DNA from: Lophium mytilinum
Lineage: Eukaryota
DNA: 64,000 bases
NCBI GenBank assembly: GCA_010093605.1
Contig: MU004181.1
Location: forward strand, 1,736,001 to 1,800,000
Direction of reading: 5' to 3'
Shown: positions 38,923 through 52,284 of the stretch, one piece after another
How positions within the stretch are numbered: the first letter of the stretch is position 1
How the letters are laid out: every line of letters starts with the position of its first letter
Notes under the pieces: generated by a model
Told to the model about the DNA's origin: nothing
What the model saw: the letters and a program-made list of their open reading frames with translations, nothing else
The model's database searches: none
Made by a program: the position numbers and the translations under genes

Positions 38923-39110
38923 CTAATCTGGGGCCTCCGACAATAATATGCCCAAATCGACTTCAAATCGCACGGACTGGCTCCCGTTTGTACATCTCCC
39001 AACCTCAAAATCAAGCCTATTTCCACGGGCTAATCTGAAGCGTACTCCAATAACATGCCCAAATCGACTTCAGATTCCACGGACTGGCTCCCGTTACCAC
39101 ATCTCGCACC
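38923..39110. repeat. Degenerate tandem duplication with a 107-bp period
   Basis: CTAATCTG at 38923 and 39030; ATGCCCAAATCGACTTCA at 38948 and 39055; CACGGACTGGCTCCCGTT in both units. Confidence 0.9.
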
Positions 39111-40135
39111 ATCCAAATTCCCCTTATATCTGTAGTCTGATTTAAATGGTCTGCATTTCGCTTCCAAACAGACACCGAGAATCGCATAGGGAGCGGATTG
39201 GAAGCCCTTTCACCGATTTTACGCTGTTTTCCATAAGATATCCTATTAGACTCACTGTGCCAGCTCCCAGAAATCTCAACACCGCTTTCTCTTTGCTCTC
39301 ACGAGAGTTGGAAGTAATTGGAAGTAGTCCCAAAATTGGTTCTCACGCAAAGCTGGGCTCCCCATCACCGTTCCCTCTTATCCACCTCTACACAACCTCC
39401 AACTCCCTACTCTTCATCCTCCTCTATCAACTCAACCTCCTTTCTCACACCTCCTACCCCCGCTGCGCGCGAGGACACTGAGATCGGCCCATAGTTCAAA
39501 AACCGAAATATCACCTCGTCATGGAAATGAATGGTGCAAGGCTCGATGCTGCTTTTGTCGAGCTCGGGTGGGCGACGATGGGCAGGGCGGAACATTGGCG
39601 GCATTTTTGGTTGGGGTAGTTCCAGGACTGGTGCATGGGGGAGGACTATGTAGTATTATGTTCTTGTGTATAACTTGTCTGTCGTCGTCAAAAATACAGC
39701 TAGGAGGAGCCTTAGGTCGGCACTCGCGGGACATTCAGGATCCTGAAAGTTCGTTTGCTGATCTGATCTTGATAGCGGCGTCCGCAAGGGGACGCAGTTT
39801 GAAAAGGCACATACAGGTAGTAGGAGAATGGAGTAGCAGAGTATACTAATAGTATTGACCCGGCAGTGTATCAAGTCAAGAAGCCCTTCCCACATTATCG
39901 ACTGCAATCCCGTACAGCCTCCAAAAGCCCAGCCCCGTAACAACCCTCCAAAACTTCCGACACACGAGAAGATATACCCCGTGAGTGCCAGAGAAGCATT
40001 GAGAATCAAACAGCCTAGTATACATCCTAACAACCACGTTTAGTGGTGAGGCCCGGGAACTCCAACTGTATGTACATCGAACCGCCCTTCCACCTCCAGC
40101 TTCAGCAACACCGAGGTAACAAATCGACTAGCATT

Positions 40136-41514
40136 CTAGGGGGTCGCGGAGGCGGTGACGGAGGCGGAGCCGTTGGCGAGGGACTGGTAGGCGACCCACG
40201 CGGCATCGTCCATGTCCATCAGGGACTGCTCTGCTGTGTCTTCAGTCTCGGCATGACTAGCTTCAGCCTGCATGAGCTGAACTCGAGCGTTGAGGACTGC
40301 GTTCTCCGACGCTGCCTGCTTGTTCGCCTTGCGGAGGACCTTGTTTCTGGCGAGGACCTCCTACGGGTCAACCGGTTAGCATAGATCAGATTGGAGCACG
40401 CGAATGGCTTACTTCAATCAGCTCATTCAACCCTGCCTCCTTCTCCGTCCACTTTGTCTCCTTCTCTGACCACTCTGTCTCAGCACGGAGGACCTGGCTC
40501 ATCTTCAGTTCGAACTGCTGGATCTTCGCACGAAGCTCGGCCTCGACACCCTCCCGAGCACCATTCTCAGACTTGAGTGCCTCTTCCTGCTCAAGCTCAA
40601 GTTGCTGGAGCTTAGAGCGAAGTTCGGCCTCCGCGCCCTTCTGAGCCTCAATCTCGGACTTAAGGGCCTTGACTTCCGTCTTTGCGATGGTCCAGTCCTG
40701 TGCAGGTTAGTAATGACTCATAGAATGGAGCCTGACGGTGCCACCGTACCTGATGGACGTTTCCGAACTCCCTAGCCTGTAGCTTATACCTCTCGAGTTG
40801 GCCGTCGTATAGATCGGAGACACGATCGATCTCCTTCGCGCGATTGACCGACTCGGTTCTCAAGGATGCGATGGCCTTCTCAAGATCGAACTTCGATGCA
40901 AGAAGGCTGGCAATAGTCGCGGAGGAGCTTTCTTGGCCCCTGCTGCTCTTCTCTGCATCTGCCTGAAGCTCCCGGACCTTGGAGTGACATTTGTGCAACT
41001 CGCTCTTCAGAAGCCCTCTGTCCAGCGTCAAACGCGAGACCTTCTCACTTGCTTCGCCCATCTCGATCAGCTTAGCACTAGAATTGGCCCTGTAATCGTT
41101 GAAGGCCTTCTGTTGGCCCAAGATGACGTCGTTCTGGAGAGACAACTTCCGCTGATAGGCCTCTATCTCAGCAAATGAAGTCCTCATTGTCTCCTGGATG
41201 GCGGCTTGGAGCTCGAACTTGTGGTTCTCCTCCTGCGTACTGAGGACGGAGTGTCTGTAGGCTTCGAGCTCGGTGGAGAAGCGGGAGAGCTTTGCGATCT
41301 CATACGACATCTTGTCGATGGCTTTCAGCGCCCTATCTTGATTCTGCTCCGTGACGGCTTGGTGAACTTCCTCGTGCAGAGCACGAAGGTTCGTCATGAC
41401 CGACGAAACCTGCTTCTCATAGCTCATGTTCTGTATCGAAGCCTCCGTACCAAAGACGGCTTCGAACTTCACAACGTCACCCGAGGTGCCATCGATGCTG
41501 GTGAAGGCGTCCAT
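40136..41514 (-). CDS. Hypothetical coiled-coil protein, 3 coding exons, with a 5'-UTR intron ending just before the ATG
   Basis: MDAFTSIDG start; E/K/Q/L heptad-rich; GT-AG introns near 40749-40697 and 40412-40361; last exon EVLARNK...SATP*. Confidence 0.75.
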
Positions 41515-44500
41515 ACTGGATCGCGCGTTAGAGGTGACAAGGGAAGGATGAGGCACAAGCTTACCTGTGTGCAGAGTGTGTGTAGAGAGGGTGCGTGGGT
41601 GTGATGTGATGAGGTGAGGTGGAACAGGCAAGAGGTTGAGATAAACAACTCGCCCTGACGTTTTAGGCGTGCCCGTGATCCGTGACTGCCCAACAAAACA
41701 CCCCGGCACTGCCGCTGGAGGTGCGTGCCCTAGCGGGATAAAGGACTATGCAAAATGATGAAATCTCCACCTCGGAAAAGTATGCTAGAGTTCCTCATGT
41801 TGCTGTAAGAAGGTACACGAGCCTCACCATGCAGGGCCTGAGGGTTGCCGAGCAGCATCGCTAGTAACTAATAGAGAACAGAGCACGTCGCGTCGAGATG
41901 ATCCCTCGGCAGATTGGGACCGGACAAAACGCCTCACCGCCAGAGGCGCTACAGGAAAGTTGTGGACGGTACAGAATATAGAATTTTCTACTTCCTGAAA
42001 GCACCTTGAAGATCCTCATGTACTGCGAGAAATTTCACAAGCCTATGAGAGACACTTAAAGTATCGAAAGGAACTCGTTGAGGTTTCATCATGGTTCTGT
42101 GTAAACGCTGGTCTGCTACGAAGCAATGCTAGTCAGCGCCGTCTGAAGCGCTCTAGTAAGTAGATGAACTGTGCAAAGCGATAGATGAACATCCCGTGAA
42201 GGTACCTTGAGGCCCCTCATGCAGCGGAAGAAGGTATATACGATGACGTGTCGACCTTCTTCATTCATAGCGACAGGAAAGAAACAGCAAAATGAGATTC
42301 GTCGTGTTGCGGATTGCCTCTCGGAGTAGGCGGGTGCACTCTTCTGTTACTGCCTGTGGCGCCTCAAGCTATTTCGGGATTCAACGTATTATTCTAGGCT
42401 ACAACGGTCGGAGGTGGCCCATTCTACAGGATATTCAGGGCAAGCAGAAAATCTAGCAGCGTCACCATGGCACCAACGTACTGAGAAGTATTTTTAGGTT
42501 TGCATTTTTCTTTTCAAAAAGGATGATGGATGACACTATAGAATGAAACTACCCTCAGCATAAACAGCCTGGCACTTACCTTCCTACCTTGTGGTGATCA
42601 ACGCCTCCTGGATACCAATTGCAGCAGGGAAGCTTATTTGGACGTCACAACGTCTCGCGTCCTGCGCCGACGATTCTAAAACAAATGGACAGAATGGCTG
42701 AAGGATGCCACGCACCTTATAGGTCTCGGTATCACCGGTTACTCGAGGTAGGACATCCCGAGCACCTCACAACGACGTGTGATCCACTGTGGAGTAATGC
42801 AGGGCATGGCAAGTTGTTTTCCGTGTTTCGGACCCCGGACGACTCAAGGAGCCTCCCGAATTGCCGTACGAGTCGCTCGTAGTAGTGACACAAACACCGC
42901 GGGGGGTTGGGTGGGTTCATCAGCAGGCGATGAAGGGTGTCGGAGATCAGTAGCCACGAGTCGCCGGACTGTCGAGATCGGCAGGAAGGTTGGGCGTAGT
43001 TGGAGGTGAGATGAATTGCCGTCGGACAGGGAGCGAAAATAAGGTTGCTCGAGGACGGAGGATTGGCTGTGGTGGAGAACGTGGTGCGCTGCCCATGCTA
43101 ATGCCGCGTCTGATAAAATCACAGGCCCCATTTCCTCGAGTGCTGGGTTACGGACACGGTGACCGAAGGCACGGCTGGGAAGTAGATTAGAGTGCTGCAA
43201 TGCTACGGGGCACTGCTGCCACGCAGGCATCAAGCAAGACGGAAGGCGCGGAGGGTCGTGAGGGTCGTGAAGGGTGGTGGATAGAGCAGGGCGTGTTCAT
43301 GGTGGCTGCTCAAGGGAGTCTCCTGTCTCTGTCGGCCAGACTCGATGCTCACGACGCAAAACTCAGGTGGAGGTCGGGAGCGGTGCGTCGGTGCGAGAGG
43401 TGAAGGCGCCCCAACCCTTGTTTCACTAGGATGGCCCCGTCCCCGGTCGAGTCGTACATACGGACGACGATGGCGCACTGTATGGCGTGCCCGACTCTGC
43501 AGGCGGCCACAAAGGATGCGCGATTGGGACGGACGACGGAGAGTCCTTTGGATGCCCAGAGGAGGTTGGAGTAGTTGGTTTCTAGACAAGTCGTGCAAGA
43601 AAAAGCAACGTCTGGCGCTGCCAGACTAGGCGGTTGTAGTTATGTAACATACGCGGGCTAACCGTCCCGAGAAGGTTCCAAGGTTGACAACAAGACCGGG
43701 TCTCTAGCGCGGGTATGGAGAGGTCGAGCCGAGAGCTCGTGAGGATAGCGAGAGGCTTGGCTGGGGACGGGGGACGCTAGGGAGGCTCCTAGGTACAGTA
43801 AAAGCTCAGTATAGCGATAGCGGTGTATAGTGTTACCTTACGTTCTGTATACTGATACAAGTCGCCGGATTGTCTGATATGCCTGCAATGTCACCAGCTC
43901 TCTGCCTAGTACGATATTGTATGAGAGGAAGTTAGTAATACAATACTAAGCAAACTGCATTCACAGTGCATTTTGAATCGGAAAGTGGTCCGTAGCACCC
44001 CAAACGCCCCTTTCTTGGGCTGTTCTCTGGCGTTTTGGAACAGCTGCGCTCACCAAGCGAGGACACGTGACTCTACATACGGTGATGGATTCAATACAGT
44101 AATACACTCCCTAGCCCCGACGCACGAGTTATACCGAGGGGTTACTGCACTGGGCTCGCTGGGACGCACCAGGGCCTCTGCAGCAGATGACAGACCGGGG
44201 ATCCCGTCGATATCTGCCGCGGGCCTGGCTGTGCATGTCCCGCCGAGTCGGTGGAGTCGGGCGTGCTGGGTTGGGTGCATCGGCGGCCTCAAGCCAGTCG
44301 CGGGCAATGAAACAAGAGCTGCTCTCTATGCCTCTGTAGGCTAGCCGTCCGGTTCCCTCTGCTCGGGGCGGCTGCATGGGAAAGCGTGCCGCCGCCGAAG
44401 CCTCTCTGCCTTTGCGCGAACGCTATTCCTGCCCCAGCTACCATTCCTCCTACAGAGCGCACTAATCTTATCGTGCACCCCTCCCGGAATCCTTAGACTG

Positions 44501-44578
44501 TCCCAGAGCACGCCCGACTCCACGCGCTTTTTCTTCTCCTGTCCGCTTCGTAGAGTCCCCAATTCCCTAATCCTTAAT

Positions 44579-44610
44579 CCCCAGTTCCCAGTCCCCAGTC
44601 CCCAGTCCCC
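44579..44610 (-). repeat. GGGGACT-type repeat; G-quadruplex-capable motif upstream of the G-alpha gene
   Basis: Five G3-4 tracts with 3-4 nt loops on the minus strand. Confidence 0.8.
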
Positions 44611-45067
44611 ACGACGCTGCACCCACCTCCGCCGCGCAAGACATTCGATTGTCTCCTGTGCGCCACCAGCACGCACGCAGCGCCCTCCACCCTCTGCTGC
44701 GACATTGCTCACTGCCCGCTGCCACATCGCCGCCAAGCACTCGCTCCGTCTCGCGCTCCCGCCGTCCCAAGTCCTCTCACTCGCTGCTGCTCTCCCGCTA
44801 CCGTCGAGGTTCGCCAATCGCTCCACCCCGACTCCCCGAGCTACGGCCTGCTACACTACCTACTATTCTTAACGGCTTCAGTCCGCCTCTGCTTGCCCTC
44901 TCGGCCCGTCCCTCCTTCGGTACTATTTGCTGCTGCTGTCTCATTCTATACTAACCGCTAAGTGCCCTCCGTAGTCCCCGCCGCCGTCGACCCTGCCCGT
45001 TCCTTCCTCTGCTCACCGGGCCACTTTCTTTGACCACCAACTCGCGTACTTCATGGCCCCAGGAATA

Positions 45068-46341
45068 ATGTGTTTTGGCAAGAAACCCGACGACCCGGAT
45101 TCCAGGAAGAATGAAGAGATCGAAAAGGGCCTGCGCGCCGACAGGAAGCGCCAGGAGCGCGAGGTCAAGCTGCTGCTGTTAGGTACCGCTCGCCGAGAGA
45201 CTGCTTTGTCGGCCACCGTCACTGACCACGACCTGTGTAGGAGCCGGAGAGAGCGGCAAGTCCACAGTGCTCAAGCAAATGCGAGTGATACACGCCGGCG
45301 GATTCAGCAGAACCGAGCGAAAGCAATGGCGTGCCATAATATTCAATAATCTGGTCACCGCCTACCAGACAATCTTCTCCGCCATGCAAGAACAAGAGAC
45401 GAACTTCGAAGACGAGGACAATGAGGTGGGTGCTGGTCTGGATTGACGATAGCTATTTGCTGACAATCTCTCTGCAGGCATACGCAAACCTCATAAACGC
45501 CGACCCAGAGATTGGCCTGGAAGACCCGATGCCTCTAGAATGTTTGACGGCCTTCAACAGCCTGTGGGCCGACAAAGGAGTGCAGCTGGCTATCCTGAAG
45601 GGCAACCAATACGCGCTTCACGACAATCTCAGCTAGTAAAGTTCTCGTACGAGCGTCTCGTTCAATGCTGACCCCTCCTAGCTTTATTGGTGACATGGAC
45701 CGCCTCTTCGCCAAAGACTACATGCCCACCGATCAAGATATATTACGAACTAGGTTAAGGACGACGGGAATCACCGAAACGATATTCGACCTCGGAAACT
45801 TGACCTACCGCATGTTCGATGTGGGTGGTCAGCGGTCGGAGCGAAAGAAGTGGATACACGTATTTGACAATGTGCAAGTTGTGCTCTTTTTGGTGGCTAT
45901 CAGCGGCTATGACCATGTTCTAGTGGAAGATCGAAACGGGGTAGGCTGCAATGGCGGAGACCCACTAAGATTTGACGCTGACTACTCCCATAGAACCAAA
46001 TGCACGAAGCCCTCATGCTGTTCGAATCGATATCGAACTCGAGGTACTTCGAGAAGTCGGCTCTGATCCTGTTCCTTAACAAAATCGATCTGTTCAGGGA
46101 GAAAATATCAAGTGGCATGAGCCCCATCAACAAGATATTCCCAGACTACACAGGCAAGATTACCGATATTGAAGCCGGCCAGGAGTTCTTCGCAAACAAG
46201 TTTAGAAACCTCGTGCGGCAACAGAAGAAGGAAGTCTATGTCCATTACACCAACGCGACCGATACCGACTTGCTTAAGAAGACCATGGCCTCAGTGCAGG
46301 ACATGATTGTACAACGAAACCTCAACGCGCTGATACTGTGA
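45068..46341 (+). CDS. gna-2: Heterotrimeric G protein alpha subunit, group II (GNA-2/GanA type); alternative in-frame ATG at 45053
   Basis: MCFG N-terminus (no Gly2 myristoylation site); [35 protein letters not shown]; ends QRNLNALIL. Confidence 0.93.
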
Positions 46342-47137
46342 GTCGGCTTAAACGCATCTTGTTGGTTACGTCTCTACGCAAACCTCAAATATCTGGCCAC
46401 GCCTTGACCAACCAGACCGACTTAGGATACCCGCGTAACCACCGCATTTCCGAACGCCCTGCAGCCATACCACAGGGCACAGTGAGCCGAGGAACCCCCT
46501 TCGACCCCCGCTCTTAAGCGATGTGGCATACGATTTATCACTACCGCCGGACGACTCTCCGCTTCTTTATGTTGTTCGATAGGGATGATGTGACGGCTAT
46601 TGGGCTCGGCGCGTTTGGATGATTTTAATAGCCCCGTATTTTATGGGCGAGATGGAGAAAGCAGGAATACCAGGTTGGCGCTTCTGAGCATTGGTGTCGG
46701 TTGTATTGAGATTTGAAAGGCATGGGGAGGCTATCTCTTCTTCTTACCTTACTCATGTTTACCCTATTGTCTACAGCGCTTGAACCAAAACGCGAGTGGT
46801 AGCCAGCCTCGCTAGATATCCAGCCCAATGATCTGCATGAAACAGTTACTACCCGGACAGAGTATTACCCTCATGGCCCCATGATATAATTTCTAGCTAG
46901 ACCGTTTAGTGTAGTGTAGATATTAGTTCTATTCCCACAAAGCCATCGCACACGTAATATGTGATAGGCATGCTGAATCATTGGAACAGTCACCAGCAGG
47001 TGGGCAGAGTGGAATGCCAAGAGATATCGCCAAGCAAAATCATTAGCGCCTCTTCGACTTCGCCGTCTTCGCCATCACCGCTCCAACGCCGACAAAACAC
47101 ACCTCAACCCTCTTCCTCGCCTTCCTTCGAGTCGGCA

Positions 47138-48286
47138 ATGTTTTCTCCCGCACTAGGCAGGGCTGTCCGCTCCACCTGCGCCATCTCTGCCGGCCCCGTT
47201 TGCACTGCGCGGGCAGCAACAGTCGCCTCGATAAGCGCTGCATCACAGCCCTTTTCCCGAAGACCCCATCAGCGGCGGCCGTCATCTTCAAAGGCCTCAA
47301 TTCCTCCGGACGGGTCGAACGGCTCGAGTTCACCTCAGCAAACAGCAACAACGCCTGCCACGAGAACTCCGGAGAAGAAACTCGCTGCTCGAGGACGGAA
47401 GAGAGCCTTGCCATCTCTTTTGAACGTGCCTCACGTGCCGCCTACAGATCACCTACAACAACTAGGTTCGTAGCTACTCAGTACCATTCAAGGTCGAACA
47501 TGATCAAGTTAACAAATCCTAGATGTGAAGATATCTTCCTTCTTTTCCCTTCACCGCCCTATATCTGTCACAACACCTATTCCTCCTACAGCCACTGAGG
47601 CTTCCTTCGGCGCGATATTCGAACCGCGGCTATTAAACAACCGGAACAAGTTCATCGATGTCCTGAACACGCTCTCGAATAGCGTAGACACTCTGGAAGC
47701 GGCGACTTATGGCAACGAAGAGAGTGATCTGCGCGCGGAAATACTAAACCACTCTGCGTCAAACTCAGGCGATGTCATGCATCTCGATGAACTACCTCAG
47801 GAAAAGATTGATCGAATGATATCCCAACTTGTACCTTTCAGCCCTCCGCCCGCACCGGTGCCTTTCGGCGAAGCGCAGGCGGCAAAGAACCTATCCTTAA
47901 AGGAACGGAGTCGGGATATGGCCGCGGCACAAACCTCGAAAACAAAACAGAAGGCATGGACTACTACCGTTGTGGTCACCGAGTCGACCGACGCTATGGG
48001 AGAGCGGACGTACTCGGCCTCCACTTCCCCGATGGTTGAGATAAAAGTCCCTGAAGGGAAATCAGAACAGTCCAGTGAAGTCGAGATCCGCCAGCCATTC
48101 CTACACCGTATGGGAATACGGGAACGGGCATATATCCAGTATCTTGACGATATGGCGGGCAAAAAGCGGGGTTCATATTTGCTGATCAGCACCAAGAGGC
48201 GGAGATCACTAAAGATGAAGAAGCACAAATACAAGAAGCTGATGAAAAGGACGCGTCTATTGCGTAGGAAGCTGGATCGGACATAA
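47138..48286 (+). CDS. Mitochondrial mS38/COX24 (DUF1713) domain protein; intron ~47467-47523
   Basis: Presequence MFSPALGRAVRST; SSFFSLHRPIS; C-terminal ISTKRRRSLKMKKHKYKKLMKRTR. Confidence 0.88.
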
Positions 48287-49195
48287 TGCATGGTAAATGC
48301 CGTTGCTTTGAGTTGGTTCTTTTTAGGACTGACCTTCCCTTTTTGTTCTGTCCATAGCCTCGGCCACCGGATCATGAATGCTCCAGTCGTTCGCGATCGG
48401 GTTTTCCTTGGCCTCTAGCATAGTTTTGGGCGCATAATGGTGCTAGCCTTGGCACTTGCGGTTTCTTCGCAATATCACACTCGAACACTACCGCGAGTCT
48501 CTCCACTTCTTGCATAAAGTCAAAATATGGACAATCACATCTGAATATTTACATATTGATCTTACGATAGGATATGATATGCTATTGATTGTCTCGGGTC
48601 GCATGTTGGCGCAATCCCTCCTCATAGCGGCTAATGTTGTTGGCAGAAGGCGTGAAACTGTCTTGCGACTCCAAGGGTCGCAAACCGCCACCCAGGATTC
48701 CACGCGAACTTAACCTAGATCCCTCGACATCCTTGGAAGCGGTCTTAAGTGTCTGTATTAAGTTGTTCCGATGTCACAGGCTGCAAATCATAGTATGGCC
48801 AGCGCGGCACCATAGTGTTACCGCATAAGTTTCCTACCTAGCTACCACCTGGTTCATAACATCGCAAGATTTTCCACCACTTGGCGCCAGACCTCTTACT
48901 CCTCGCCTGCAGATGCCTAGGGCACGAGACAGGAGTGAATAGTGGCGCCTGGATTTCGAAGGTGTACAGCTTCAACATGTATAAGATAGCAATCTCCCGC
49001 AGGCGGGTAAACTCCTGCAACCAGCTCTCACAGTTCTCGACTACTTCACATTCATTTGTTTTGTTATCTCGCCGTTCTTCCTTTCTTACCTACATTCGTT
49101 ACCCGCCGGTCGGTCGTTTACTCTTGAGCTAGTCTCTCTTTTGACATATACTACGATTACGCTTCACGACTTTGCTCTGTATATATATCATTACA

Positions 49196-50463
49196 ATGCT
49201 CTCGCGTACCATTCTCATTGCGGCCCTAGTGGCTATGGCCCAGGCTCGGTAAGACTCATGCCATGCTTCAAATAAGCCGTCCTCGCTAAATAGAAGTAGT
49301 TTTGGCCAAGAGCAAATTCCAATTGCTGCAATTGCAGCTGTGAAGGGTGGAGCTCCAGGACAAGCTCCCACTATAGCCGGCGCCGCCGTCAGCGATCTTC
49401 TCGGTGCTGCAAATGCCTGTGCTAAGGTTTGTGTCACATCTGTTACTTTGTCCACCCAGCTCTAACAAGGACCAGCTCGTCCGCGCCGACCAGATTATCA
49501 CCGAGCTCGGGACTGGCGCCGACTCAATCGCTGCAGCCATCGGCATGGTGTCTGCAGAGAAGAACTTCAACAACTTCGCCACGGATATCCCTACCATTTG
49601 CAATGATCCCACACTCCCGGCCTCTAAGCAACTTCGCGGGATCACTCCTTTGATTGATCCTGGAGTTGGGGGATCTGATGTCGCCAACGCGCTCTCTGCT
49701 TCCTCTGCCAAAACACCCCTTGATGCTACGGGAAAGAGTATTGCGGACCTCCTTACCGCTAATGGCTTCACGAACTTCACGGGACAAGCAGCTGATGGCG
49801 CGGCGGGTGCTACCCCTACTGCAGGCGGGAACGCTGGCAACGCGGCTTCGAGCGCTGTTTCGAGCGCTGTGGCGGCTTCATCTAGTGCTGTTGTCGGTAC
49901 GTTGTACCAACTACCCTCTTGGATTCACAAAACTAACCTAACTCCCAGCCGACTGCGGCGCTTCTCCGGTCGCCGCAACCTCTGCCGCCGCCGTAGTATC
50001 CTCCGCCGTAGCAGTCTCCTCCGCTGCAGTAGCCACAGCTACGGCCGCCCCGGCAACTGGAGGCGTCCAGCAATCCACAATTGCCGGCCTCGACTTTGGC
50101 CTCTGCGTGCCCACCATCAAATTCGAAGGCGGGCTCGGCGGGCGCCCAGCCACCGAGTTCACCTTCCAGCTCATCGATCCACTCGCGGGCAAAGGGCAGC
50201 AAGAGGCCTTGAATCCGAATATCATCACCAACCGCGTGTGCGACCAGTTGACGAATGTTTGCCAGGCGAATGCTGCGGCGAAGACGGCGTGTACGGCTGC
50301 TAAGGCGCAGATTTCGGCGCTGGGCACGCGGGATAAGAGTACCGCGGATGCGTGGAATACGGCGCTGGGGTTTGCGGGCACGGTGACGAATCCGGATGGA
50401 GGGCCGGAGAGTCCTGCGGCGAGTCCTGCGGCGGCAAAGAGGGGGGTTAGATTTTTTGCGTAG
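49196..50463 (+). CDS. Secreted Ala/Gly-rich, Cys-containing protein, 4 exons
   Basis: Signal peptide MLSRTILIAALVAMAQAR|FGQEQ; AEKNFN, ICNDPTLP, LRGITPLIDP; C-domain QQEALNPNIITNRVCDQLTNVC. Confidence 0.85.
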
Positions 50464-52284
50464 AGGAGAGAGGCATAGGGTTAGGAAGGGGAGATGAAAG
50501 TAGACGGGTTGTGGTATGCGGACTATGAGAGTAGGAGAAGTGGAAGAGGTTGATGGTGGCATTGCCGACGACTCATAAGGCGGAGAAAGGTCTTGGGTCT
50601 TGTATCATAGAGGAAGGGGTAGAGTGGTGCGCATCATCAGTGTTCCTCAAAGACACAACTTTCGAACCTAATGGTGGGACACTCTTTCTAACTACCTATT
50701 GACCTACCCTCACGCTCTATCTTCGTGAAAACATTCTCAGTCTCCAATTCCCTAACGCGGTAGAACAATCGCAAACGTACGGAGTATAGAAACCCCACTC
50801 CCACATTACTATCACATGCGCTGGCCCAACTAAGCATTCCACAGCTGCTCTTAGAACAGACTACCCTTCCAGCGACTCCCTCGCCCACCCTAGATCCATC
50901 TTAACTCCAGCCCCCCGTATCTCACATGGCCCCCAATTCCCAAAGTCTAGACCTTTCGCCTGCTTCCTCCTCGCTTCTCGCGTAGACACACTCCCATCCA
51001 TCCTAGCACAGATCCCCGCCAGTTTCGTTTCGCGAGCCGCCGCGTAGACGAGCCCGAGCCGCTGGGCCTCTTAACACCAGCGCTGGACTGTGATTGGAGT
51101 CGCACTCATACGCTCTGCAAACGCATGTGGGTCTAGGGAGGGCATGTGGTTGCTTCCAGCGAAAGCGCTAGCGTTCAGGGGTGAGAATGAGGATGAACTT
51201 GGCTGTGTAATGAATAGGTTGCGGAGGGATTCGCGGAAGCGGTATATTGAAGTTGAACTCCGGTGCCAGGGTACGGCTGGGGTGGTAGTGGGGCGGGTAG
51301 GGGTGTTGGATTGAGGGTCTTTGGAGGATTTGGAGCTTAGGGAGAAAAGAGGTGTTTTAGCATCGAGACTGGATTCGGATGTTGGTTCTAACGGTTTATG
51401 GCATAGTGTTCGCTATACGAGACATCTAAACTCCTTTTCAAAGTCGCGCAAGTGTGTAGAATTGAGGTGGGAGAACTGGTGGCTCATGCAAGTGTGTGGT
51501 GAAGTTGAAGATGAGATGAGCAAACCCCTACTCACGAACGTCATCCCGCACCCCCTTCGTGAGAAACTCACGCCATAGTACTGTATGTGCCTGTCTGATC
51601 TTAGATCATCCTAACAGTTTCTCTGCTTTGCAGCATTGCATATCCGCCCGCCTATCCACCCTTGTCCGTACCCATGCCCATGTTCATGTACATACATACA
51701 TACGTACATAATCGTTCGTCGATCATCTTCGGCACTCTCGGCAGTGATGCCCCCTTTCACCTTTCGATGACCGAAACGATATTTGCGATATTTTTCTTGT
51801 CTTGTCTCGGCGGATGCTCCTTCTCAGGTCATGTAGATCCTCGCGGAATGAGGCGTGTGCTGCAGGCGCGGGTAGCGGGCCGCTTCGGTACCGAGGACTG
51901 AAGGGGGATGCTAGGCCGGGACCGTGTCTGTTTTGCGTCAGTTGGAGATGCAATGGGACGGTTAGGCCGCGGAGAGGCATAGGCTTCCCTATTGATAGTA
52001 GGTGTTATCTTGAGAGAGGGTGGCGATTTCCGGAGTGGAAATACGTTTGAGACATGCCTAAAGATGTTGTGAGAGAAGATCGCTCCACCCATCAATATGA
52101 AATCTATAGAATAGCGTATGTCGTAGTGTTGTATGCCATTGCAAACCTAGGCAAATTTTTTCCCCATAAATGGGCTTTCAGCGTTGAACCGATCTCCCTG
52201 AATCAGCCCTTGGAGGTACTCAATCGTGCTCAATCGTGCCAGAGTGCCCAGCCCCAAAACCGCTCACCACGCCATGATATCTCC

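Noticed and set aside
41755..41841. ATGATGA...CTGA pair suggesting a C/D snoRNA
   Set aside because: No recognisable rRNA/snRNA guide, no clear C'/D' boxes, weak terminal stem
42619..44400. Scattered ORFs in the long region upstream of G-alpha
   Set aside because: No coherent splice model or recognisable domain; probably regulatory DNA
50688..51560. Protein-like fragments on the minus strand
   Set aside because: Interrupted by stops and not identifiable; too weak to call even a pseudogene
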